Source: Bdellovibrionota bacterium
GTDB taxonomy: Bacteria; Bdellovibrionota_C; UBA2361; CALJRW01
Reading direction: 5' to 3'
DNA: 64,000 bases
Assembly (NCBI GenBank): GCA_041740355.1
Contig: JBGSMD010000064.1
Location: forward strand, 36,541 to 100,540
Shown here in pieces: positions 32,468 to 47,256 of the stretch. A program made the position numbers and the translations under genes. Under the pieces are notes generated by a model. The model saw nothing but the letters and a program-made list of their open reading frames with translations. It was not told the DNA's origin and made no database searches. Position 1 is the first letter of the stretch. The number at the start of each line of letters is the position of its first letter.

Positions 32468-33157
32468 TCATTCTTCAATTTCAGTTTTAGGCTTACTTAC
32501 TCGTGTTGCAGCGGCAATATAAACTGAAGCGAGAATACTAAAAATATAAGCTTGCACCATGCCCGTGAGCAGGCCAAGGGCAGTCATCAAAATTGGAAAA
32601 AGTAAGGGTGTAATACTAAGCAAGATACCAACAATCATTGCCCCACTCATCATGTTTCCAAATAATCGAACTGCCAATGCTAAGGTACGTGAAACTTCAC
32701 TGATGATGTTAAATGGCAACATAATGAAGGTTGGCTTCAGATAAGACTTAAGATAGTTACCCAATCCTTGCTCATCGATCCCAAAGTACGGCACCGCTAC
32801 AAATACACAGATAGCAAGGGCCGCGGTAGTTGAAAGCGATCCAGTTGGATTTTCAAAGAAAGGTAAAACTGTACAGAGACTAGCCATTGCGATGAATAAA
32901 AAAAGTGTCCCAAGAAATGATATATATTTCTGCGGCTCGCTCAAACCAACTTCTTTGATTTGTTTCTGAATCGCGATGACAATTATTTCTAATAGATTTT
33001 GCCAGCGCGAATGTTCCAGATCCATAGATAGTTTACGAGTGATGACCTTTGAACCAACCACCAGAAAAAGCATTAAAGCCCAAGTAAAGATAATGGTGGC
33101 ATTAAGTTTTAAAAACCCGTACTGCCAAATCACAATTTCATCGGGACTAAGGCGCAT
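32468..33157 (-). CDS. atpB: N-type ATPase a subunit
   Basis: SRTLALAVRLFGNM, QAYIF. Confidence 0.95.
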   Translation of the reverse strand: MRLSPDEIVIWQYGFLKLNATIIFTWALMLFLVVGSKVITRKLSMDLEHSRWQNLLEIIVIAIQKQIKEVGLSEPQKYISFLGTLFLFIAMASLCTVLPFFENPTGSLSTTAALAICVFVAVPYFGIDEQGLGNYLKSYLKPTFIMLPFNIISEVSRTLALAVRLFGNMMSGAMIVGILLSITPLLFPILMTALGLLTGMVQAYIFSILASVYIAAATRVSKPKTEIEE

Positions 33158-33470
33158 GTCTAGCCTCTGTTGATGAAGTAACTACTGAAGTATTTGATTT
33201 TTCTACCACTCGGATAAAGTGTAATAGGATTAAACGTGTCATATAAAATCCAAAAACACAGACCACAAGTCTCTTCCAATTATCCTGTCCAATCAAATAA
33301 AATCCGACCAGCACAATTACTGTTCTCAGAAGCAAACTACAAACAAACCATAGTGCTGGTTGATTTGAGGAAAGCGCTTTCTGAATAGTCCACCAAAGAC
33401 CACAAAAAAATACTAAACTAAGCAATGAGCCAATCATCAAAACAAATAATAGAATCAAAATTTCATTCAT
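33147..33470 (-). CDS. atpR: N-ATPase AtpR subunit
   Basis: FFCGLWWT..P..WF..SLLLR pattern; position between atpQ and atpB. Confidence 0.85.
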   Translation of the reverse strand: MNEILILLFVLMIGSLLSLVFFCGLWWTIQKALSSNQPALWFVCSLLLRTVIVLVGFYLIGQDNWKRLVVCVFGFYMTRLILLHFIRVVEKSNTSVVTSSTEARHAP

Positions 33471-33793
33471 TACTTACCTCTTCTTCTGAATTCATCGCTT
33501 GATCCTCTTTAGCCACCCAATGCCAGGCGTTAATACAGCCAATTACTAAACCGACAAACATCAGCGTCAATGTCCAGGAATAAAAATCAAGCTGACGTCG
33601 ATCTAGCCAACTACCCAATGCCGCTCCAAACAAAGTCGGAACTACAACTGACCATCCAATAAGACCCATCATCCCTAAACCAAACCAGACACCTTGTGTT
33701 TCTCTCTGCCGTGCCTTTAATTTTCGCTTCACGCTCCTTGCGACTTGCTGAGAAAAATCATTTCCCTTTTTCTCAACTTTATTCTCAGTTAGT

Positions 33794-33801
<8 letters not shown>
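33463..33801 (-). CDS. N-ATPase AtpQ (AtpZ/AtpI family) subunit
   Basis: GLGMMGLIGWSVVVPTL.G..LG.WLD, GC.NAWHW. Confidence 0.88.
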
Positions 33802-38017
<4,216 letters not shown>

Positions 38018-38030
38018 ATTTTTCTATTTT

Positions 38031-39242
38031 TTAATCCTGCTTCCCATTATTTTTTGAAGCTAAGAGACTGCTGACCATTTTGGCGATCACCAACTCTTCA
38101 TTTGTCCGCATTACCCGAATGGCAACGTTATTACTGGGAAAAGAAATCAATTCAGCATTAGTTTTATTTTGTTTTTCTTCGATTTGAATTCCAAGAAATT
38201 CCAATCCAGCACAAACTTTAGATCGAACTGTTGCTGAATTTTCACCTATTCCACCTGAGAAAATCAAAGTGTCTAGTCCACCCAATGCTGCTGCATAAGC
38301 ACCAATCCATTTCTTAACTTGATAGCAAAATAACTCCACTGCCTCATCAGCTCGCACGTCTTCTGCTGCCTGCTTTAATAACTCACGCATGTCAGAGCTA
38401 GTTTCAGAAATTCCTAATAGGCCCGATTTAAAATTAACCATGTCGCTAAATTGCGCTGGAGTCATTTGCTCCGTGGTTGTCAAATACCTAATTAGTCCTG
38501 GATCTAGATCCCCAGATCGATTACTCATGGGCAGGCCACTGGTTGGAGTAAAACTCATACTGGTATCTATGGATTTACCAGCATGCACTGCCGCCAAGCT
38601 TGCTCCATTACCTAAATGTGCCAGAATTACTCGCCCCTGTGCAGCTTGTGGACCAGCTAGTCGAGCCAACTCTTCCATTAAAAACTGATATGACAAACCG
38701 TGAAACCCGTAACGCCGTATACCCTTTGCTTCATAACTTCGAGGGATTGGTAAGATTTGTGCAACTCGTGGTAATTCGTGATGAAAGGCTGTATCAAAAC
38801 AAGCTACTTGTTGAATGTTAGGGAAACGATCTTGAAATGCCTCAAGTAAAAGAATTTCCTCTGGCAAATGTTCTGGATCGAACGGACTAAGTCGACGCAA
38901 CTCAGCAATTAATTCGTTAGTGATCTTCTGCGGCTTATTATACTTTGGACCTCCATGCACAATTCGGTGTCCCACAGCAACTAACTCACTTAATGTGCAA
39001 TGTTTTTCAATCCAATCTAGCAAAGTGCTAATTGCTTCTTGAGGCTGGAGAGTCTTAACTTCTCGGATAAAATTATCTGCTGTTAATTTTCCTCGCACTT
39101 GAATTCTTGATACCGGCCGACCAATATCTTCAATTACTCCAACAATAATTTGAAGGAATGGCTCGATAGCTTCAAACATTGCAAATTTGATACTGGAAGA
39201 GCCTGCATTAAGAGTGAGAATTAACGAATTAGTTTGAGGAAT
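38031..39242 (-). CDS. ackA: Acetate kinase; N-terminal motif lies upstream of the track start, probable ATT start
   Basis: In-frame ILTLNAGSSSIKFA upstream of 39179; GHRIVHGG, FDTAFH, RYGFHG, HLGNGAS, GGIGEN, TNEE. Confidence 0.92.
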   Translation of the reverse strand: MPQTNSLILTLNAGSSSIKFAMFEAIEPFLQIIVGVIEDIGRPVSRIQVRGKLTADNFIREVKTLQPQEAISTLLDWIEKHCTLSELVAVGHRIVHGGPKYNKPQKITNELIAELRRLSPFDPEHLPEEILLLEAFQDRFPNIQQVACFDTAFHHELPRVAQILPIPRSYEAKGIRRYGFHGLSYQFLMEELARLAGPQAAQGRVILAHLGNGASLAAVHAGKSIDTSMSFTPTSGLPMSNRSGDLDPGLIRYLTTTEQMTPAQFSDMVNFKSGLLGISETSSDMRELLKQAAEDVRADEAVELFCYQVKKWIGAYAAALGGLDTLIFSGGIGENSATVRSKVCAGLEFLGIQIEEKQNKTNAELISFPSNNVAIRVMRTNEELVIAKMVSSLLASKNNGKQD

Positions 39243-39486
39243 ACTGAACCTCCTTGTCTTTAATTAATCCAAATAATACTGAAAATTTTTTACCGGTAAC
39301 GTTATCTTCCAAAGAAATTGTATTTTGAATCCCTAAACCTTCAAGAATTTCTAGAAAGTTGGAAGTGTTATTAATATGAGGGTGCTTAAACTTTCTCAAA
39401 ACTTGTTTCATGATAAATATATTTAATAAGTATACCTTGAAGGATTTTTTGATATTTGAAATTAACTGAATAAGGAATAGGTAGGC

Positions 39487-39528
39487 ATTATGCATATCTG
39501 GTAGCTATCGAGGTATGATCAAGATCAT
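39487..39528 (-). promoter_or_regulatory. CRP/FNR-like box plus -10 for the ackA-xfp-N-ATPase operon
   Basis: ATGAT-CAAG-ATCAT (39515-39528); minus-strand CATAAT starts 29.5 bp from the box centre. Confidence 0.6.
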
Positions 39529-39832
39529 TCTTTAAATTCAAGCCCCGCGAGTAAAAATAGGAGTCAGGAAATCCAAGTTCAGACAATAGATGTATACTCA
39601 ACCATTCTAAATACTTACCAAGTAGGCACTCTCTTCTCCACTTAAGTTACAAAATAATTTTTTATTACGATTAAATAATTCGACACATGAGAAATGCAGC
39701 TCTAAGATAAGATATCGATCGATTGTAATTGTTGATATTGACTTAAAGGACTACTCTCGTAAGTCTTTAGAACCAGTTTAAGTCAATACATATATTTATC
39801 TGATATGGTAAGAAAGCTAGTTTGAGATCAAA

Positions 39833-39988
39833 TTAAATACGACCTAAAACAAGGAGTACTAACAAACATGTCACTACCAAACCCAATCCAGAACTCGGAA
39901 TGTATCCCCAATTCTTAGCATGTGGCCAAACAGGGAGAGAACCAATAAGCATTAAAATAATAACGACTAATAAAATTGTTCCTAACAT
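39833..39988 (-). CDS. DUF3309 family small membrane protein
   Basis: Not in the track. Manual translation MLGTILLVVIILMLIGSLPVWPHAKNWGYIPSSGLGLVVTCLLVLLVLGRI; GAGG SD upstream. Confidence 0.88.
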   Translation of the reverse strand: MLGTILLVVIILMLIGSLPVWPHAKNWGYIPSSGLGLVVTCLLVLLVLGRI

Positions 39989-40023
39989 AAAATTACCTCA
40001 AAAGTTATAAAGTTACGAAACAT

Positions 40024-40065
40024 AGTATGCGCGCTCCCCTTCAGCATTGATATGATATCAATCAT
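40024..40065 (-). promoter_or_regulatory. CRP/FNR-like box plus -10 for the DUF3309 gene
   Basis: ATGAT-ATCA-ATCAT (40052-40065); minus-strand CATACT 29.5 bp from the centre. Confidence 0.6.
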
Positions 40066-40448
40066 GCAAATCTCCTTTTCTTTACCTTGGTCTTTAATTA
40101 CTAGAACTAGAGTTACTCACTGAACATACAGTAGGACAAATCCTCTCTTGGAAAGACTTGGGGTTTAATGTCTGCCTGTCGCGCCAGAGCCCAGAGGGCG
40201 ACGGCGGAACTGGTTGATACCATTGTTAGGGATTATATAAATTCCTATCTTTCAAGAATCATAGCCGTGACAAAAAGTAATTTATCAAATGATTACAAAA
40301 CTACACCTCTGCTGGCCAGAGACGCGTCGAGCTTTTGGTTAATAGCAGCAGTGATTGTTTCTGGTGGCGTGCGGGGCTAGTTGTCACCCTGATTGCTTTG
40401 GACATAAACTTCGAAATGTATCTGGATAGGCCAGCTAAAGTGCGACGT

Positions 40449-41327
40449 TCATCTCGTGCTGTTTGCCTGCAACGGAACGGCGGATTTCGCCCGGACCTCC
40501 ATTAGCGCTGCGCAAATACAGATACCGAAAATGCAGACGCAGCTTGAGAGATAAATCCACAGCAGAAACGCCATGATGCCGCCCAGCGTGCCATAGAGAG
40601 CGTTGAAGCTCGTGAAGTGAACCCCGTAAAGTAGAAATAGCCATTCACCAATCCAGATCAAGAGCGTTGCGGTTAGAGCACCGAGCCAGACTTCGGAAAA
40701 CCGGGTGTCACGGCTTGGGGCGAGTCGGTAAATCATAATCAGGCCATAGAACAACACCACCCACGGAATGACATGGAAAATCATGGCGAAGATCCAATCG
40801 GGAAATCCGAGACCAGTTGCGAACCATTCTTGGAACATTCGCGCCATCCCGGGCAGTAAAATTCCGATCAACACGGCGCTCACCGTGATGGTGAGCAGAG
40901 CAAGGCTTTTCAAGGGCAATCGCCACCAATTATAAGACGGTGAATGCCAGAGGCGATTTGTGGTACGAATCAGTACGCTAAGGAATTGCAGCGAGCTCCA
41001 TAACAACAGCGGAATCGCCGCCAGGCTGATCTGGCCCTGCGCTTCCAACATGCCGCCAATGACCCCCACGGCGGAGAGTTCCTGTTCACCGGTCAGCGGC
41101 ACGTAATGTTTGACCCACTGCACAATCGCCTGCGTCACCACGTGGCGCTCGATGAATAGTGATCCGGTGGCCACCAGAAGGATGATCAGAGGCAGGAATG
41201 AAAGTAGCAGGTAATAGGCATATGCAGCGGCGCCCTCGTTACCATCCGCTTCCTTCCAACGAGCGTATGCGCGGCAAATAACCAGCCATGTGGTTGACTG
41301 CTTAACTGTGAGCAATAACTTTCTCAT
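40449..41327 (-). CDS. YihY/virulence factor BrkB family membrane protein
   Basis: AAAYAYYLLLSFLP, IYRLAP, ALYGTLGG..FLLWIY pattern. Confidence 0.9.
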   Translation of the reverse strand: MRKLLLTVKQSTTWLVICRAYARWKEADGNEGAAAYAYYLLLSFLPLIILLVATGSLFIERHVVTQAIVQWVKHYVPLTGEQELSAVGVIGGMLEAQGQISLAAIPLLLWSSLQFLSVLIRTTNRLWHSPSYNWWRLPLKSLALLTITVSAVLIGILLPGMARMFQEWFATGLGFPDWIFAMIFHVIPWVVLFYGLIMIYRLAPSRDTRFSEVWLGALTATLLIWIGEWLFLLYGVHFTSFNALYGTLGGIMAFLLWIYLSSCVCIFGICICAALMEVRAKSAVPLQANSTR

Positions 41328-41458
41328 CGCTTAACTCCGCACTGCATTTTATTTTGTCATTCCTGTTAATTTGAATTTTCATAATATTATTCCTTGAACT
41401 CTGCCTGCAAAAAAGCGCCTGTCTTGCTCAGTTCCATTTTCGGGGTTCGAGCTAGCTG

Positions 41459-41947
41459 CTATTCTCGGTCGAAGCGCACGACCTTACCGCTTTTGAAACG
41501 GAATACTAATTGCTCGCTTTCAAAGGAAAATTTCACATTTTTTCCATCCCGAATCGCCTCCGAACTAATCGTATCGCCATGCACTAAAAATGGTCCTTTG
41601 AGATCTCGTACCAGCCCGACAAACGGAATATCGGACCACGCCATGACACCAACATTTTTTTCTCCGCTGAAGGTGATCTGGATCTTGATATCTCCCATTT
41701 TTACGTCTACATCTCTGGCCGTCCAGATACCATAGAGTTGCATGGATGTAGGAGAAAGTTTCGCGTCTTTCTCCAATTCCTCCGCAAAGACACTCGTTGT
41801 CATCCAGTCAACCAGATTTTGATGCGTCAGTGAACTGCCCAATACAAGCGCTGCAATAACTAGAACTGTGAGCGCTCCACCTACAACTTTTCGTGCATTC
41901 CTAATTGGCTTTAATATCAATCTGATTTTCATTTGTTTTAGCTTCAT
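41459..41947 (-). CDS. Hypothetical exported protein
   Basis: 162 aa with N-terminal hydrophobic segment; co-oriented with its neighbours. Confidence 0.6.
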   Translation of the reverse strand: MKLKQMKIRLILKPIRNARKVVGGALTVLVIAALVLGSSLTHQNLVDWMTTSVFAEELEKDAKLSPTSMQLYGIWTARDVDVKMGDIKIQITFSGEKNVGVMAWSDIPFVGLVRDLKGPFLVHGDTISSEAIRDGKNVKFSFESEQLVFRFKSGKVVRFDRE

Positions 41948-42037
41948 CTTTTTCTAACTTCTAAATTGAGTTGATATGTAGCCAAGAGAACTTTCAGTAG
42001 CTACCTATCTTTCTACTAAGACTTGCGGTGGTATCGC

Positions 42038-42415
42038 TCATAATATTTCTATATCTTTTAATTCAGAGATAGCAGTTTCTGTCTGATGTTTATTCCGATC
42101 ATATCGTCGCCCAAGGGTGTGCTCAAGTAATCGGTGTAATTTCCCGACAGCTCCAGTTAGGGCATCCTCTAAAGTTGTGGCATGATGAGTTGCCGCTGTT
42201 GGTTTACTTCCTTCCAAGCGAGCTTCTAAACTACAATGAATGTCGTCATTGTCACCATTCTTATCAATATGTTCATTTCTGATATGAACTTCCACTCGCG
42301 AGATTTGATCACTAAAGAGTTCCAGCTCGGCTCTCACGACTCCATCAACATACTCGCCCATTGCCTCTGAACCTTCGATAGTGTGGTCTGTGTTAAATTG
42401 TATTTCCATAATCAT
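42038..42415 (-). CDS. HPF/RaiA family ribosome-associated protein, second copy
   Basis: Clear paralog of 29415-29774 (MEIQFNTDHTI..SRVEVH..CSLEARLEG..GKLHRLLEHT). Confidence 0.85.
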   Translation of the reverse strand: MIMEIQFNTDHTIEGSEAMGEYVDGVVRAELELFSDQISRVEVHIRNEHIDKNGDNDDIHCSLEARLEGSKPTAATHHATTLEDALTGAVGKLHRLLEHTLGRRYDRNKHQTETAISELKDIEIL

Positions 42416-42423
42416 TTCCTTTG

Positions 42424-42660
42424 TTAATCAATAAATTCTGTTAGGGCTTAGCCTGCTATTTTAAAAATCACCAAATGGTCCTGATCCCTTAATTTATCAG
42501 CACAATCTAATTGCTCAATTAAATCATTGAGAATTTCAGACACTGCCTTTAATAGTTCTGTCTGAGCATCATTCACTTTATCAAGTGCAACTTTGTCAAA
42601 AAGTTTTCACGTTAATGCAGTTAGTTTGGTAATTTGTGCTGGCAGGGAAACTGCTGAAAA
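42424..42660 (-). pseudogene. Degenerate 3' end of a second N-ATPase atpA
   Basis: Translates FSAVSLPAQITKLTALT*KLFDKVALDKVNDAQ..DKLRDQDHLVIFKIAG*ALTEFID*, colinear with AtpA C-terminus [57 protein letters not shown]. Confidence 0.85.
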
Positions 42661-42680
42661 TGTTGATTAGGACTGATTGA

Positions 42681-42722
42681 AGTATACGCCACCATTCGCT
42701 TGGAGGATATGACAAGGGTCAT
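42681..42722 (-). promoter_or_regulatory. CRP/FNR-like box plus -10 for HPF copy 2
   Basis: ATGAC-AAGG-GTCAT (42709-42722); minus-strand TATACT 29.5 bp from the centre. Confidence 0.6.
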
Positions 42723-42907
42723 GGTAGATGTAGATCAGACACGCCTGGAATAAATTGATTAATCAACTAGCCTGGAACAATAGAGAAAAATTAATGTTTT
42801 CCATCTCGTGCCATGCTTCATATTCGAGCTAATACTACTTCGCCAGTTTTTCCGATTTGTTGTTAGGTTTTTTGGCCTGGCTAAAGATTGAAATACCTAC
42901 ATATTAC

Positions 42908-42949
42908 ATGATGTTGATCATAGACTGTAAAACTAACTCCGCTTATAAA
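42908..42949 (+). promoter_or_regulatory. CRP/FNR-like box plus -10 for the 43032 gene
   Basis: ATGAT-GTTG-ATCAT (42908-42921); TATAAA at 42944, 29.5 bp from the centre. Confidence 0.55.
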
Positions 42950-43031
42950 TGATTTCTGAAACCTATATGCGCCAAGCGTTTTTTACGTGACATGAGATAA
43001 TAGCGTTCTTTTTAAATAGCCTTGATACAAA

Positions 43032-43589
43032 ATGAAACAAGAGAATGCCTCCTGTCAATCGCCTAAAGCATGTCAAATATGTAAGCAAGATCGAATTCAA
43101 ATTGGAAAAACATACAGCGAAATTTCGACCTTGCGTCGTATTATAGGTGTAACGTTTATTTATGTGCCAGTTATTTTTGTCCCATTTGTTATACTAATCG
43201 CTTGCATGACTGCATTTTCTCTCCGTATTTTGGGTGCTAAGAACCTAAAATCATTTTCTGATTTTGTTCCTGCTCAAAATTCACATCGTTATACCTTTAA
43301 GAATCAAATTGTGATGAATCCGAATGGTCCACAGATTCATTTAGGTTGGAAAGTTTTTTGGTATCTCAATTGTAATTTTTATTGTCCTTATACCGTAGCT
43401 CTTTTTGAATACCTCACCTACCTTATAAAAGCTGTTGAAAATTGGTGGTGTCCTTTTGAACACTCGTGGAAGTCAGAGTATGCCAGTGCAGCGCTTGATA
43501 AATCATATTGGCATGTGATGCCAGGTGAGGCCTCCAAGCTTCATCCAGATGATTTAAAAAATCCCATTTGGCACGAGGACGAAAAGTAA
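43032..43589 (+). CDS. Hypothetical Cys/Trp-rich membrane protein
   Basis: One TM segment; NCNFYCPY and VENWWCPFEH motifs. Confidence 0.75.
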   Translation: MKQENASCQSPKACQICKQDRIQIGKTYSEISTLRRIIGVTFIYVPVIFVPFVILIACMTAFSLRILGAKNLKSFSDFVPAQNSHRYTFKNQIVMNPNGPQIHLGWKVFWYLNCNFYCPYTVALFEYLTYLIKAVENWWCPFEHSWKSEYASAALDKSYWHVMPGEASKLHPDDLKNPIWHEDEK

Positions 43590-43898
43590 CTTTATAACAA
43601 ATTTCTCTTCCCTCTCGTTTTACCTCGAGCATGGCAACGTATTTTTATTTGGTTTTTATTTGGTACCAGGCATCTTTCCTCGCTTTTTAATTCTAGAAAA
43701 TTAATTATTTCTACTTCATTGCAATCTTTTTCGAAGATCTTCGATAAATCATAATTAAATTTTAACTAAATTTATCTATGGAAATATTTAAAACACAGAT
43801 AATCTTTCAATGTTTTTGATATCGCAAGCTCTTCGTTTAGAAGTTTCAAGTTCTAATCAATCTTATGCCCTTTGTAAAAATAAGCCTGCCAAGTGAGT

Positions 43899-44044
43899 TA
43901 TAGTGATGACAAAAACTAATTTCCGAATATTTAAAAGGTAGTTTTGTGATTTTTGTCATAACTTGATGATTTTATTACGCTTGCGGGGGATAGTAAGCCC
44001 CAAAAAGTATTGTCCTACGGAAATTACTTTTGGGACTTACTATA
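43899..44044. mobile_element. ~146-bp MITE-like element, copy D
   Basis: Reverse complement closely matches 5150-5296. Confidence 0.85.
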
Positions 44045-44172
44045 TTCATAATATTGAAGGATCTAAGCGTCTTTATGAACTTGCTGATTATGGAAGAAGG
44101 ATACTTAAAACTTCAGAAATTAGAGAATTTGTTGAAATGAAAGAACGTTATTCCCTAATACTGAAAGAAAAC

Positions 44173-45330
44173 TTAATACCTGAAAGTAGCCGCTATTCCA
44201 GAATCAGTTGGCATTTTCTCACTCGGAATTACCATAACTTTTCCACCTTTGCTTACAACTATTTCACCGATATCATCAAGTAAGTCATCTACTTCTGGGT
44301 GATTTAAAGAGTCCAATTTAATAGTTCCTAGCTCCCGATCGGTAATTTGTCCGAAAATAAGACGCCCGGACTCGAGTAAAAGTGTGGAGATCCTTCCTGT
44401 AACTGCAGCTTTGGCAATTTTTTCAATATTATCCGTTCCATTATTATTGACATTTGCCTGTGAAAAATTTCCAACAAGGGTATCAATCTTAGCTAAATAT
44501 TCAGGCTCCATTACTTTCCATGCAAGCTCAGTTAATTGTTCGAGCTCTATCGAATCTGGATGTAGATTGATACCATTTTTTAGTAAGTGAGAATTCTTAC
44601 TGACTTGATGAAATAAATTACGATGTTCAGGAAGTGAGGCTAAGATTAATGGTAGGCCAGACGGCTTTGAATATCTCTCTTGTATTTCATTAGAAATAAT
44701 TCGAAAAAACTTTTCGATATCAGCTTCATTCTGATCTTTTCGTCCACCGTCACCATGGTGCATATCGACGGCACCAACTGTTGCAGCTCCGCCGTATGAT
44801 GCTACAGTTGAGTGTTGTGGGGATAGATCCTGCCCCAAAGCCTCTGCTAAGGTTGTTGGAATCTCAGATAAAAGAGGGATTTCGGTAAGGTTATGACGGT
44901 TACCTTCAAAAAGTTGAACTTTATTCAGACTTAGTCCTAATACTTGAAAACGATCCTGTGATTGCAGAAATTTTCTAAGTGGTTTTGTGTGAAAGCTGTC
45001 AGCTACCACCACTAGTTCTTCAACCGTAATTGGCAAGCTTAATATTTTTAGATAATCCGGTGAACGTAAAATAGCGATACTATCTAGCGTGTGATTCCAA
45101 ATATTCATATCTCCAATAAGTTTTTCTAGAGGTGCCAGATATTCAGAAATTTCTGCTGATGAGTATTTTTGAGTAAGTGAATCCTCAGCTTGTTTAAGTA
45201 GATTTTTGAAATTTATTGGATCTTGAAGATTATCAGGATGACTACGATGTGTCGGCATGTAAAGTGAAATACACGGAGATAATTCCTTTGCTGAAATTTC
45301 GTTAATTATATTTGTTGTTGGTAGTTCCAT
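44173..45330 (-). CDS. Bacterial archaeo-eukaryotic release factor 1 homolog (baeRF3-like)
   Basis: PCISLYMPTHR, SFHTKPL, HHGDGG, LPLILA, GRISTLL, DDLLDDIGE.V...GGKV, GIAATFRY. Confidence 0.8.
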   Translation of the reverse strand: MELPTTNIINEISAKELSPCISLYMPTHRSHPDNLQDPINFKNLLKQAEDSLTQKYSSAEISEYLAPLEKLIGDMNIWNHTLDSIAILRSPDYLKILSLPITVEELVVVADSFHTKPLRKFLQSQDRFQVLGLSLNKVQLFEGNRHNLTEIPLLSEIPTTLAEALGQDLSPQHSTVASYGGAATVGAVDMHHGDGGRKDQNEADIEKFFRIISNEIQERYSKPSGLPLILASLPEHRNLFHQVSKNSHLLKNGINLHPDSIELEQLTELAWKVMEPEYLAKIDTLVGNFSQANVNNNGTDNIEKIAKAAVTGRISTLLLESGRLIFGQITDRELGTIKLDSLNHPEVDDLLDDIGEIVVSKGGKVMVIPSEKMPTDSGIAATFRY

Positions 45331-45676
45331 AAAAATTTTTATTAAAGTTTTCGTAATTTTATAAGTAAAAGGTACTGCGAAGTTATTTACAGATTAAAAA
45401 TTATATTGGTTGAAGTTCTTGAGTCCTTAGACGTGTGGCTATCCTTTATATTCGATTATAACATAGAAGTGTTAGCAGTTATTAAATTATAAGTGAAGCT
45501 TTGCATATTTATAAGCTACAATAAGCTAATAATATTACTTTTATCACGAATATCTAATAAATGATCGTTAACGGCCACTGACTGCCGAATAAAACATTGG
45601 GTGACAGACAAAGAGGAGATTGGATGCCTAAGTGGGAATAATAATATTCTGTAAAAAATTATCTTTTTAATAGTTT

Positions 45677-46990
45677 TTATGATTTTTCATTCTCATTAAG
45701 ATATCTCAATCTTTTTTTGAGATCTTGTAGGTCATTTTCACTCAACAACATTTTTTGACATGCGGAGTACGTTTCACTAATTTGTGTTTTGAGTATGTTA
45801 ATAACTTTTAAGTCTGAAGTATTATCAATCATTAAATTGCAAGTTTCTATTATTCGAAGTCTTACTGCTAATGAATTATCACTAGCTTGTCTAATTTGCC
45901 GAAAGGCAGTCTCGATTATACCTTCAACGTCAAAAGTCTTGTATCGTAATACTATTTGATTGGCATTATTAGTTTTGATTCCCGTGGGTAGTTCTTTTGT
46001 AAATAAAGAAAGTAAATTACTAGAAACTTTATCTATGCAAAGTATTGCTGTGAATGGATCGTTTACTCCTGGAGAAAGTGCCCTTAAGGCAATTTCCACT
46101 AATTGAAGAAAGCCATATTCTAGATCCTGTCTAAATGTTCTAATGGTGCCAATATGTAAACAGTTAAAAACTAAATCTGAAATCTTTCTTTCATCTTTAG
46201 GAGCTTCTTGATAGAAAGCTTTTCCAATTTTAGTTAAATCAGGGCAAAAAGCTCCAGGTTTCAAATCAAGTTCGAATACCAAGCCGTTTTCAATTGCGAT
46301 GTCCGCTAGTAATTGATAATCGATATATTGAACATATCCAGTTTTATGTGATTTTAAATAAAAATAATTTAAATTATTTTCTACTTTAATACTCTGCTGT
46401 CTATTTGTGGTTTTCGTTTTATCTTCCAAGCTTCCAATCACCTTACTAAAGTTTAAACAAACCTGATCGATGATGTGGCTTGCTTGAATCGACTTACAAG
46501 TATGGTGAATGAAGTAAATGAAAAATAACACGGAAAAGATTGAGAGTAGGATGGAAATATTAACCGAATAGTGTGGAATGAAAATATCGTTATTTGATGA
46601 GATAGTTTTTAAGATTAAAATACTATAAAGAAATGTTGATATGAACATCCCTAGCACTGTCTGATTCGTTTTGTCCTTCATAAATCCATCTAATAACCTT
46701 GGACCATATTGGGAAGAGGCTAATGACATGACAACTATTGTAATTGAAAAGACAACTCCTGCGATTGTAATCATCGATCCAGCGATGGTGGAAAGCACTG
46801 CTCGGGCACTTTCTGCTCCAGCTGAAAAAAATAACCAAGAGTGAAAGGTGAAATTGCCAGATGTATTGGAATCTAGATAAATCGATCCGTAAGTTAAGAG
46901 AAAAGTAGCTGAAACGAAAAGCATCGGAATGAACCAAAGGCTCGAGTTAATTGATTCAAAGATTTCTATTATTATTGCTTTTATAGACAT
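45677..46990 (-). CDS. DUF2254 family membrane protein
   Basis: SLWFIP, AR.VLSTIAGSMIT, LASSQYGPRLL, FIYFIHH, LVEIALRALSPGVNDPFTA. Confidence 0.9.
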   Translation of the reverse strand: MSIKAIIIEIFESINSSLWFIPMLFVSATFLLTYGSIYLDSNTSGNFTFHSWLFFSAGAESARAVLSTIAGSMITIAGVVFSITIVVMSLASSQYGPRLLDGFMKDKTNQTVLGMFISTFLYSILILKTISSNNDIFIPHYSVNISILLSIFSVLFFIYFIHHTCKSIQASHIIDQVCLNFSKVIGSLEDKTKTTNRQQSIKVENNLNYFYLKSHKTGYVQYIDYQLLADIAIENGLVFELDLKPGAFCPDLTKIGKAFYQEAPKDERKISDLVFNCLHIGTIRTFRQDLEYGFLQLVEIALRALSPGVNDPFTAILCIDKVSSNLLSLFTKELPTGIKTNNANQIVLRYKTFDVEGIIETAFRQIRQASDNSLAVRLRIIETCNLMIDNTSDLKVINILKTQISETYSACQKMLLSENDLQDLKKRLRYLNENEKS

Positions 46991-47212
46991 TAGAAAACTA
47001 ATTTAAAATTATCATTTTATCTTATTGATGTTCAAAAAGATACTAGCACATTATCCAAAATAAATTTGAAGATTTTAATTAGCTTCTATGTGTCGAATAC
47101 TTTGTGGTAGTTACATGATGGAGATAAATAGACGTTTGGATCATTTATCAATATTGGTAATAAGGAATCCATGATTTTATAACGATGACTTGTATTTTGA
47201 TAGTTTTATTTG

Positions 47213-47256
47213 GTGCCGAGCACACAGCCTTTGACTTAAGGCTGTGTGCCTGGCAC
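47213..47256. repeat. GC-rich REP-like hairpin
   Basis: GTGCCGAGCACACAGCCTT-TGACTT-AAGGCTGTGTGCCTGGCAC, 19-bp imperfect stem. Confidence 0.6.

Noticed and set aside
39229-39495. 88-aa ORF upstream of ackA
   Set aside because: No recognisable family and its start overlaps the predicted -10; a shorter ORF is possible but unsupported.
43963-44283. 106-aa ORF
   Set aside because: Starts inside MITE copy D and overlaps baeRF3 antisense.
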